Source: an uncultured Candidatus Saccharibacteria bacterium (GTDB lineage Bacteria; Patescibacteriota; Minisyncoccia; Phycocordibacterales; JACOZG01). Taken from it: a stretch of DNA of 64,000 nucleotides. This document shows positions 57,023 to 64,000 of the stretch, piece after piece (the first letter of the stretch is position 1; every line of letters starts with the position of its first letter). The notes beneath the pieces were generated by a model. The model was not told the DNA's origin. It searched no databases and saw only the letters and a list, made by a program, of their open reading frames with translations. The stretch is taken from NCBI GenBank assembly GCA_964448295.1, contig CAYUVV010000003.1, positions 9,543-73,542 on the forward strand. Reading direction: 5' to 3'. The position numbers were made by a program, and so were the translations under genes.

Positions 57023-57490
57023 ATGCACAACAAAACCCTTATCGAGTGGGAAACACCCGACTTCATTCACCAACCCAAAACTAAAAACTGGTATTGGGCG
57101 TTTTCGCTCGTGACCACTGCCGTCTTTCTCGCCGCCCTCCTCACCACCAATTTTCTCCTCGCCGCGCTTGTTCTCCTCGCCGCGGGAACGATTTATCTAG
57201 TCTCCCGACGCCAACCAGAGGTGGTGCAAGTGGCTATCACGGAGCGTGGTCTGCTCGTCGCCGATAGCCTACTACCCTATCGCGAGGCCCGCGCCTTTTG
57301 CTTTAAACACCGGCACGGGCACCTGCATCTGGCTCTGCTTACTGATCGCTGGCTGGCCCGTGGCCTCATAATCCCACTTCATCCCGACCATCAGCCGGAG
57401 CAAATCCGTCCCCACCTGGCCGGTCTTCTGGATGAGGTGGGAGGAGAAGATAATTTGGTGGACGCGCTGATTCAGCGGCTTGGTTTGTAG
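57023..57490 (+). CDS. hypothetical two-TM membrane protein
   Basis: Start trimmed to the ATG at 57023. Two TM helices. No family recognised. Confidence 0.35.
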   Translation: MHNKTLIEWETPDFIHQPKTKNWYWAFSLVTTAVFLAALLTTNFLLAALVLLAAGTIYLVSRRQPEVVQVAITERGLLVADSLLPYREARAFCFKHRHGHLHLALLTDRWLARGLIIPLHPDHQPEQIRPHLAGLLDEVGGEDNLVDALIQRLGL

Positions 57491-59127
57491 ACAAGAGCTT
57501 GCAAAAAGACTAGATTAAACACAGGCCCTCGTAGTTCAACGGATAGAACGCGGGATTGCGGATCCCGTAATGTAGGTTCGATTCCTGCCGGGGGCACCAA
57601 AATCTGACTTTCTGCAAATTCACCGACCATTTCGGTGGACGCGCGAAGCGCGTCCCAAGCATTTCCTCCCGACAAATCTTCTCCGCTCGGCGCGCGCAGG
57701 CGCGCCTCGCGGTTGGCCAAGACGAGGTTCGAGCCAAAGATTTCTTTGGCCGCAACCTTTTTGGCAAAAAGGTTGCCCTCCCGCGCGATTTCAGGCAGAT
57801 TTTCTGCCTCTTTTATCCATTCCGCCATCAGTTCGAGCCAGCCAGTCCGCTTTTGTTCAATCCGCGCCATTTGTTCCTCCAGCGACTTCTTTTCGGAAAG
57901 TAGTTTCGCTTTTTCTGTTCGGTAGATTTCGCGCTCGATATCCTGTTCAAGATAGCCATCAAGAAGTCGCTGGAGTTTCGTTTGTATGGCGCGGATTTTG
58001 GTTTCGGCTTCCTGAACAAAAGCGGTTGCGGATTGGGCGGCTTCAGTTTTCTCTTTTTCAAGCATAGTGGTTAGTTGTGCCGCCCAATCCGGTCTCAAAG
58101 AAAATTTTTGTAATAGAGATGATAACTGGCGATCCAGTTCCTCTTGGCGAATACAAGGTTCTGGACATTTGAGTTTTGATTTCTTGGTGCAGTGGTAATA
58201 GACATACTCGTGGATATTTCCATTTTTCTGTTTCTTCACCTTGTATTCGCCAGTTATCATCATTCCACATGAGGCGCAGGAAAGAAGTCCGCAAAAAGCT
58301 TGCGGTTCATTTTTCTGTTTGTGGTGCGGACGACCTCGCTGTTTCAAAATTTCCTGCGCCTTGTCCCAAATTTTCTTTGAGACAACTGGCTGGTGCTTGC
58401 CCTCGTGAACTTCGCCAGCGTAGCGGAATAATCCGGTGTAAAACGGATTGGAAAGGATAAAAGTAATTCTGTCTCGGTGGAGTCGCTTGCCGTTTTTTGA
58501 ATGGATGCCGGATTTCGCCAAAAAGTTTGAGATGTCTTCAAGTCGGCTTCCGTTTTTCGCGTACAACTCAAAGGCGCGGCGGATGATAGCTGACTTCTTT
58601 TTATCCACGACTACTGTTTTTGTTCGCACATCGTTGATATACCCAACAGGAGCAAGACAAGGATATTCGCCGCGCCTTACTTTTTGGCGCAATCCTCGCT
58701 TTGTGTTTTCGGCAAGCGAATCCACATAGTATTTGCTCTGCCCAAAGGCGATATTGAGCATGAACTTTCCTTGCGAGGTATTTTCGCACCAAAACTGCGG
58801 AAATTTCAGGTCCGCAAGTCCACCGCCGTCCAAAAGATAGATTATCTTTCCTCCGTCAACAGAATTGCGCGCCAACCTGTCCGGATGCCAAGCAAGAATA
58901 GCGTTTGCATCGCCTCGCTCTATGCGCGAAATCATTTTGTTGAAGATAGGACGACCAGTAATTTTCGCAGATTGTTTTTCGATAAATTCCTCGGCGATAT
59001 GCAAACCCTCTTGCTTGGCAAAGGCGCGCAATTCCGTGATCTGCGCTTCGATAGACAAAACTTGTTTATCCTCCACATCGGTGGACTTGCGGGCGTAGAG
59101 AAGATATTTGTAGTTGTTCATGCTCAT
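57472..59127 (-). CDS. large serine recombinase (resolvase catalytic domain, recombinase domain, zinc ribbon, coiled coil)
   Basis: YARKSTDVEDKQVLSIEAQ contains the catalytic Ser. Zinc ribbon CGLLSCASCG...YYHCTKKSKLKCPEPC. The C-terminal 90 aa of the ORF are read through IR1-L and the antisense of tRNA-Arg, so the true stop is uncertain. Confidence 0.85.
   Translation of the reverse strand: MSMNNYKYLLYARKSTDVEDKQVLSIEAQITELRAFAKQEGLHIAEEFIEKQSAKITGRPIFNKMISRIERGDANAILAWHPDRLARNSVDGGKIIYLLDGGGLADLKFPQFWCENTSQGKFMLNIAFGQSKYYVDSLAENTKRGLRQKVRRGEYPCLAPVGYINDVRTKTVVVDKKKSAIIRRAFELYAKNGSRLEDISNFLAKSGIHSKNGKRLHRDRITFILSNPFYTGLFRYAGEVHEGKHQPVVSKKIWDKAQEILKQRGRPHHKQKNEPQAFCGLLSCASCGMMITGEYKVKKQKNGNIHEYVYYHCTKKSKLKCPEPCIRQEELDRQLSSLLQKFSLRPDWAAQLTTMLEKEKTEAAQSATAFVQEAETKIRAIQTKLQRLLDGYLEQDIEREIYRTEKAKLLSEKKSLEEQMARIEQKRTGWLELMAEWIKEAENLPEIAREGNLFAKKVAAKEIFGSNLVLANREARLRAPSGEDLSGGNAWDALRASTEMVGEFAESQILVPPAGIEPTLRDPQSRVLSVELRGPVFNLVFLQALVYKPSR
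57525..57599 (+). tRNA. tRNA-Arg (anticodon reads GCG)
   Basis: Near-identical backbone to the tRNA-Arg(TCT) at 51356. Anticodon loop TTGCGGA. Encoded CCA. Its last 5 nt (CACCA) begin inverted repeat IR1. Confidence 0.75.
57595..57731. repeat. IR1 left copy (137 bp), begins with the tRNA-Arg 3' CACCA
   Basis: Exact reverse complement of 59194..59330. Contains internal hairpins (GGACGCGC-GAA-GCGCGTCC and GGCGCGC-GCAG-GCGCGCC). Confidence 0.85.
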
Positions 59128-59193
59128 ATGTTTTGGTTAGTTAATATTTTTGGGCAAAGCAAATCCGAGACAGAATTAAAATCACGCGGGAGA

Positions 59194-59330
59194 CGAACCT
59201 CGTCTTGGCCAACCGCGAGGCGCGCCTGCGCGCGCCGAGCGGAGAAGATTTGTCGGGAGGAAATGCTTGGGACGCGCTTCGCGCGTCCACCGAAATGGTC
59301 GGTGAATTTGCAGAAAGTCAGATTTTGGTG
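59194..59330. repeat. IR1 right copy (137 bp), ends TGGTG
   Basis: Reverse complement of 57595..57731. Overlaps IR2-L by the 5-bp TGGTG. Confidence 0.85.
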
Positions 59331-59474
59331 TATCTTTACAACAAGGCGCGAACCTTTTTCCTGAAAAACTTTTAACCAACTCGCTCCGGCGGGGCGGGCA
59401 GGAAAGGGGGTGAGGGGGAAAGGAATGCCCGCCCCGCCTCCGCTCGTTTTCGCCGCTTCGCGGCGGCGCGCCAG
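59326..59474. repeat. IR2 left copy (149 bp), starts TGGTG
   Basis: Reverse complement of 60902..61050. Contains a 13-bp stem GGCGGGGCGGGCA/TGCCCGCCCCGCC with a 25-nt G-tract loop. Confidence 0.85.
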
Positions 59475-59486
59475 AAACTTTTTAAT

Positions 59487-60161
59487 ATGAATATTTATCC
59501 CGATGAACTTTCGCATAAATATTCCGAATTGAGGGAAAATTACACTGCTACGGATGAAAAAACTTTTTCGATACTGAATCAAATTGGAGTTCGCGGAAAG
59601 AAAGTTTTGGACTTCGGTTGTGGCGACGGGCGATACTCTTTTCAAATTGCAAAACTTGGAGCAAGCGAGGTTGTCGGTATTGATGTAAGTCCGGCGATGA
59701 TCGAAATCGCTAACCGCGAACTCCAAAATCAGAAAATCGAAAAAGTTAAATTTCTTGAAGCGGACGGAAACAATCTCCCATTCGGAGATAAGTTTTTCGA
59801 TGTAATTTTTTCTAATTTTGTTCTTCATCATTTTGAAAATACACTTAAGCCGCTTCAAGAAATTTCTAGGGTTTTGGATAAAAACGGATTTTTTCTTGGA
59901 ACTTTCAATACTGCGGAGGTTAGTGACGAAAAACTCTTTAATACCGAAATTCCTTTGCAACTTGGAAAAGAAAATTTTGTTGTCGTGCATAATTTCATAA
60001 AGTCCGATGAAGAAATACAACAAAATTTCGAAAAAGTTGGATTGAAAGTTCTCCAATATCAGGAAGAGGAAAATCCGTTTTTATCCATTGAGCCGACCTA
60101 TCCAAACAAGGAAAAAATTGGTAAGATAAAGACAATGATTTGTCTGGCGCAAAAAATATGA
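59487..60161 (+). CDS. class I SAM-dependent methyltransferase (small-molecule/protein type, not a DNA MTase)
   Basis: Motif I VLDFGCGDGRYS. Motif II IGIDVSPAMIEIA. Post I-like FDVIFSNFVLHH. AT-rich. Confidence 0.8.
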   Translation: MNIYPDELSHKYSELRENYTATDEKTFSILNQIGVRGKKVLDFGCGDGRYSFQIAKLGASEVVGIDVSPAMIEIANRELQNQKIEKVKFLEADGNNLPFGDKFFDVIFSNFVLHHFENTLKPLQEISRVLDKNGFFLGTFNTAEVSDEKLFNTEIPLQLGKENFVVVHNFIKSDEEIQQNFEKVGLKVLQYQEEENPFLSIEPTYPNKEKIGKIKTMICLAQKI

Positions 60162-60889
60162 CTTTATCACTTGCAATATTTTGGATAATCATAGTTTCAG
60201 TCTTTGGTGTGCTTGGCGCATGGTACGCTCGCCGCTATAATCGTCCCGACGCGCTTATCGCTTTTTATGTTACTTTGGTTGTTTTCTCTAACATTGCTGT
60301 TTCAAAAACTATCGCTTTTGATTTTGGATTTACGCAATTTTTTGCGCCAGCCACTGTCCTCATTTTTTCCGTAACATTTCTCTTGACCGATATTGTGAAC
60401 GAGCGATTTGGAAAGAAAGAAACCCAGAGGATGATTTTAATTGCCTTGTTTGCCCAAATCGCTCTCATTCTCTTTTCATATCTAGTGCTGAAAGCGCAAG
60501 GCGCACCCTTTTTCCAAAATCAGGCCGCGTTTGAAGCGTTGCTAAGTAATGTGCCGCGCATAGTTGTTGCTAGTTTGATTGCGTTCTACATCAGCGAAAA
60601 TTTTGACGCTTACCTTTTTCACTGGTTCCGCAAACTCACTGGCGGCAAACATCTATGGATGCGCAACGCTTTCAGCTCCATTCCGGCAATGCTTTTGGAT
60701 AGCATTCTTTTCATCTCGCTCGCGTTCTATGGAGTCATGCCTATCATCCCCCTCATCATCGGGCTTTCCGTAACAAAATGGCTTGTCGGCGTGATAGACA
60801 TTCCATTCATGTATCTTTCGCGAGCGATTCTCGGAAAGCATACGAGCGAAGCTCATGTGGAAGCTCCGCTTCCACATTCAGGAATGTAG
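60140..60889 (+). CDS. YhhQ/VUT-family (DUF165) queuosine-precursor transporter-like membrane protein
   Basis: Six TM helices with the YhhQ family pattern (FFAPATVLIFSVTFLLTDIVNERFGKKE ... FISLAFYG). Confidence 0.7.
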   Translation: MSGAKNMTLSLAIFWIIIVSVFGVLGAWYARRYNRPDALIAFYVTLVVFSNIAVSKTIAFDFGFTQFFAPATVLIFSVTFLLTDIVNERFGKKETQRMILIALFAQIALILFSYLVLKAQGAPFFQNQAAFEALLSNVPRIVVASLIAFYISENFDAYLFHWFRKLTGGKHLWMRNAFSSIPAMLLDSILFISLAFYGVMPIIPLIIGLSVTKWLVGVIDIPFMYLSRAILGKHTSEAHVEAPLPHSGM

Positions 60890-60901
60890 TTTTTGAAAGA
60901 A

Positions 60902-61050
60902 CTGGCGCGCCGCCGCGAAGCGGCGAAAACGAGCGGAGGCGGGGCGGGCATTCCTTTCCCCCTCACCCCCTTTCCTGCCCGCCCCGCCGGAGCGAGTTGG
61001 TTAAAAGTTTTTCAGGAAAAAGGTTCGCGCCTTGTTGTAAAGATACACCA
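60902..61050. repeat. IR2 right copy (149 bp), ends CACCA
   Basis: Reverse complement of 59326..59474. Confidence 0.85.
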
Positions 61051-61146
61051 GAAAGGAAATCGCAGGTCAGAGCTCGCTACACGTAAGCGGCGGTTTCGGG
61101 TTTCAGATTTGACATATACCCCATAGGGGGTATATGATGACTTTAT

Positions 61147-61422
61147 ATGAAATATATGGACGACAAAAATAAGTCAAAAGTAGTCCGTCGCCTCAAGCTT
61201 TTAGAAGGCCAGCTTCGAGGACTTCAAAAGATGGTTGAGAACGACACCTATTGCATTGACGTGATAACTCAAACGTCGGCGGTAAAACAGGGTTTGTCTA
61301 ATGTTGAAGACTTACTACTTGAAAACCACCTGGGCCATTGCGTTGTTCATCAGATGCAGTCCGGTCAAATAAAAAAGTCTAAGGAAGAAATCATCAAAGT
61401 TTATAAACTAAAGCGAAAATAA
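61147..61422 (+). CDS. csoR: CsoR/RcnR-family metal-sensing repressor
   Basis: RLKLLEGQLRGLQKMVENDTYCIDVITQTSAV...HLGHCV provides the Cys/His/Cys Cu(I) ligands of CsoR. Confidence 0.8.
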   Translation: MKYMDDKNKSKVVRRLKLLEGQLRGLQKMVENDTYCIDVITQTSAVKQGLSNVEDLLLENHLGHCVVHQMQSGQIKKSKEEIIKVYKLKRK

Positions 61423-61423
61423 T

Positions 61424-63718
61424 ATGCATACACAGACATACAAAGTAAAAGGGATGCATTGTGCCTCGTGCTCATCGGTAATCGAAAAGACTTTCAAAAA
61501 AATCGTGGGGGTAGAGTCAGCGGAAGTAAACTACGGCACAGAAAAAGCCAAGGTCTCATTTGATCCCTCAAAAATAAGTCCGCACGACCTATCCAAGCGC
61601 ATTGAGCCACTCGGATACTCTCTGGATATCCCCACTTCTGCCGAAGAGATGGGTGGGCCAGCAGAAAAGCACGCCGCTCACCTCGGACTTAACCAAACAA
61701 AAAAAGAGAAGTTAGCAGAAGTCGGAGATATGCGGGCTAAAGTGCTCTCGGCCATTCCGCTTGCCATCATTGCCGCTTTTATCATGGGTTGGGATATTCT
61801 TGCTCAATACGGGACCGTGGCTGAAATGGGCGTAACGGCGAAAACATTTTTTCATCACTTACTGCCTCTCCTTGCAACCTACATTCTTTTTGTGGTTGGC
61901 AAACCATATCTGCTCGGATTTTACAGATTCATTCGTTATGGCAAAGCGAACATGGACACGCTTATCGGCATTGGAACCGTTGCCGCTTTTATATACAGTT
62001 TTGCCGTTACTGCCTTTGAGGAGGTACTAAAACCTTTTATAAATGTTGAGTATCAATACTACGACGTGACGATCGTGGTCATTACGTTTATCGCCCTCGG
62101 CAAATATCTTGAAGCTCGTTCAAAAATAAAGACGGGCGATGCGATTGAAAAACTGCTCAACCTCCAAGCCAAGACTGCGCTTGTGGTTCGTGGCGACAAA
62201 GAAGTCGAGATTTCAGTAAACGATGTTAAGCACGGAGACCTGGTCATTATTAAGCCTGGGGCCAAGATTCCAGTGGACGGCGTAATAACCGAGGGGTCAT
62301 CCTTTATCGACGAGTCTATGGTCACCGGCGAACCGATGCCGGCACAAAAAAGGATCGGTGATCCTGTCGTCGCGGGCACAATCAACACAAGCGGCTCGTT
62401 TGTTTTCAAGACTACTAAAGTCGGATCGGAGACCTTGCTCGCTCAAATTATCAAAATGGTTGAGGATGCCCAAGGGAGCAGGGCGCCGATTCAAGCGCTG
62501 GCAGACAAAATCTCTGCTGTCTTTGTACCTATTGTCCTTGTCATCGCATCCCTTGCGTTAGGAACTTGGCTCATTGTCGGTTCTCAATATTTGGGATTCT
62601 CTCAAGCGCTGTCATTCGGGCTTGTGTCATTTGTAGGCATTCTCGTGATCGCTTGTCCCTGTGCGTTAGGGCTTGCCACACCGACCGCTATTATCGTTGG
62701 CGTAGGTAAGGGTGCGAAAGAAGGCATCCTCGTCAAAGACGCCGCGACTCTTGAGAAACTCCATAAGGTGAATACGGTCGTGGTTGATAAGACGGGAACG
62801 ATCACCAAAGGTAAACCGACTTTAGTAAACGCGCACAGCCTCTCTGATAAAAACGAGACCGAGCTGGTATCAATCATCGCTTCGCTTGAAAAAAAATCCG
62901 AACATCCAATCGCGCATGCGATTGCAAGCTATGCTCAAGAAAAAAATATTCCTCTTTTAGAAACTTCAGAATTTGAAAGCATGCAAGGCAAGGGCTTAAA
63001 GGGTAGAGTCAAAGATATCGAATATTTTGTTGGCAACGCAGGGCTTGTGAGCGACCTCAAACTTTCTTTTGATGTTGCAAAATTAAATGAGTTTACTTCT
63101 CAAGGTAAAACGCCCGTCATTCTTGCAACCAAAGAAAAGGTACTCGGCTTTGTCATGGTGGCTGATGAAATAAAGCAGGAATCAAAGCAGGCTGTTGCCG
63201 ATCTGCATAAGTTTGGAATCAGAGTGGTCATGCTTACTGGCGATGACGAGAAGACCGCAAAGTATATCGCCTCTTTGGTGGGTATTGATAACGTCGTCGC
63301 CAATGTTCTGCCGCAAGACAAACTTGAAAAGGTTCGGGCAATTCAATCTCAGGGCCGAATAGTGGCAATGGCTGGTGATGGAGTGAATGACGCCCCAGCG
63401 CTCGCTCAGGCGGACGTCGGTATCGCCATGGGGACGGGCACGGATGTGGCCATTGAGTCGGCCGGTATCACTCTTCTTGGTGGCGATATTTCAAAGCTAG
63501 TAAAGGCTATTAAGCTGTCCAAAATCACCATGCGCGGTATCAAGCAAAATCTTTTCTGGGCGTTTATTTATAACATCGTGGGTATACCGCTTGCGGCTGG
63601 AGTTTTTTATCCGGTTTTTGGATGGCTTCTTAATCCGGTTTTCGCTGGATTTGCCATGGCGATGTCATCGGTGTCGGTGGTGTCGAACTCACTCCGAATT
63701 AAAGCCAAAAAAATATAA
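61424..63718 (+). CDS. copA: copper-translocating P1B-type ATPase
   Basis: N-terminal HMA GMHCASCSSVIE. TM CPC motif IACPCALGLATP. DKTGTIT. GDGVNDAPAL. Confidence 0.9.
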   Translation: MHTQTYKVKGMHCASCSSVIEKTFKKIVGVESAEVNYGTEKAKVSFDPSKISPHDLSKRIEPLGYSLDIPTSAEEMGGPAEKHAAHLGLNQTKKEKLAEVGDMRAKVLSAIPLAIIAAFIMGWDILAQYGTVAEMGVTAKTFFHHLLPLLATYILFVVGKPYLLGFYRFIRYGKANMDTLIGIGTVAAFIYSFAVTAFEEVLKPFINVEYQYYDVTIVVITFIALGKYLEARSKIKTGDAIEKLLNLQAKTALVVRGDKEVEISVNDVKHGDLVIIKPGAKIPVDGVITEGSSFIDESMVTGEPMPAQKRIGDPVVAGTINTSGSFVFKTTKVGSETLLAQIIKMVEDAQGSRAPIQALADKISAVFVPIVLVIASLALGTWLIVGSQYLGFSQALSFGLVSFVGILVIACPCALGLATPTAIIVGVGKGAKEGILVKDAATLEKLHKVNTVVVDKTGTITKGKPTLVNAHSLSDKNETELVSIIASLEKKSEHPIAHAIASYAQEKNIPLLETSEFESMQGKGLKGRVKDIEYFVGNAGLVSDLKLSFDVAKLNEFTSQGKTPVILATKEKVLGFVMVADEIKQESKQAVADLHKFGIRVVMLTGDDEKTAKYIASLVGIDNVVANVLPQDKLEKVRAIQSQGRIVAMAGDGVNDAPALAQADVGIAMGTGTDVAIESAGITLLGGDISKLVKAIKLSKITMRGIKQNLFWAFIYNIVGIPLAAGVFYPVFGWLLNPVFAGFAMAMSSVSVVSNSLRIKAKKI

Positions 63719-63720
63719 CA

Positions 63721-64000
63721 ATGAATAAAACATACACACTTCATGTTTCTGGCACCCACTGCGCTTCATGCAAAATCTTCATTGAAGATACTTTGAACGA
63801 ACAACTTGGCATTGAGCATACGAGTGTTGATCTAAAGAACGAAACAGTATCATTTGAGACTACTCTCGACGAGAGCCAGCATAAACTCGCCGAGATGCTG
63901 ACGGAAAAAATAAAGCACAACGGATACGCTCTTTCAGTCGAGAAAAAGGTAAAAGAGAAAAGTGGTCAGAGGGTTATCTGGCAAGCACTGCCGATCGGGC
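63721..64000 (+). CDS. heavy-metal-associated (HMA) domain protein, partial at the window edge
   Basis: MNKTYTLHVSGTHCASCKIFIED is an HMA GxxCxxC-type metal-binding fold. May be a CopZ-like chaperone or the N-terminus of a second ATPase. Confidence 0.55.
   Translation, partial: MNKTYTLHVSGTHCASCKIFIEDTLNEQLGIEHTSVDLKNETVSFETTLDESQHKLAEMLTEKIKHNGYALSVEKKVKEKSGQRVIWQALPIG

Larger units (their letters stand above)
57595..64000. mobile_element. AT-rich integrated element at the tRNA-Arg 3' end (partial; continues past the window end)
   Basis: Serine recombinase at the tRNA-proximal end. All downstream genes (MTase, yhhQ, csoR, copA, HMA) have lower GC than the chromosome. Confidence 0.55.

Noticed and set aside
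57510-59364. ORFs 57510..57767 (-) and 58684..59364 (+) sharing the peptide TSSWPTARRACARRAEKICREEMLGTRFARPPKWSVNLQKVRFWC, and ORFs sharing ARRREAAKTSGGGAGIPFPLTPFPARPAGASWLKVFQEKGSRLVVKIHQ
   Set aside because: The shared peptides are translations of the two copies of IR1 and IR2 in equivalent frames, not paralogous genes.
59124-60056. 310-aa minus-strand ORF spanning IR2-L and the methyltransferase region
   Set aside because: Antisense to a plus-strand ORF that carries clear SAM-MTase motifs. Its N-terminal part is simply a translation of the IR2 repeat.
57595-61050. Possibility that the long repeats are a CRISPR array or REP elements
   Set aside because: There are only two copies of each unit, in inverted orientation, with 1.4-1.7 kb gene-containing spacers. 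This does not fit CRISPR geometry.

Overview
This 64 kb window is a high-GC (about 58-60%), very compact bacterial chromosome segment. Most genes lie on the minus strand between 3.9 and 54.9 kb, and many adjacent genes overlap by 1-14 nt. The core content is housekeeping: ftsK, recA, efp, the rpsF-ssb-rpsR operon, metG, glyQS, ileS, tmk, glyA, rplS, an RluA-type pseudouridine synthase, RecO-like and RuvX. There is a C3-metabolism cluster (enolase, 2-hydroxyacid dehydrogenase, PEP synthase, MOFRL glycerate kinase, FAD-linked oxidase). There are two type IV pilus loci (pilin, PilM, pseudopilins, PilC, PilB next to a two-component system, and a separate PilM-N-O locus). Several large secreted or surface proteins are present, including a metzincin with a dockerin, a PEP-CTERM protein and a beta-helix protein. 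Seven tRNAs are present, and several of them flank compositionally foreign DNA. (1) Next to tRNA-Leu is an AT-rich island carrying an XRE-HTH, membrane-anchored S1 protease and membrane-protein cassette. (2) Next to tRNA-His is a single GC3-extreme gene. (3) Abutting the 3' end of a tRNA-Arg is an AT-rich island that opens with a large serine recombinase and a nested pair of long inverted repeats (137 and 149 bp) sharing a CACCA/TGGTG core, followed by a SAM-methyltransferase, a YhhQ/VUT transporter and a CsoR-CopA copper module. One further oddity is an IleRS with an intact histidine-phosphatase (PGAM-type) domain inserted into its catalytic core. No CRISPR array and no rRNA are present. Gene content and architecture (minimal metabolism, T4P, odd domain fusions) would fit a small-genome Patescibacteria/CPR-like lineage, but that is inference only.
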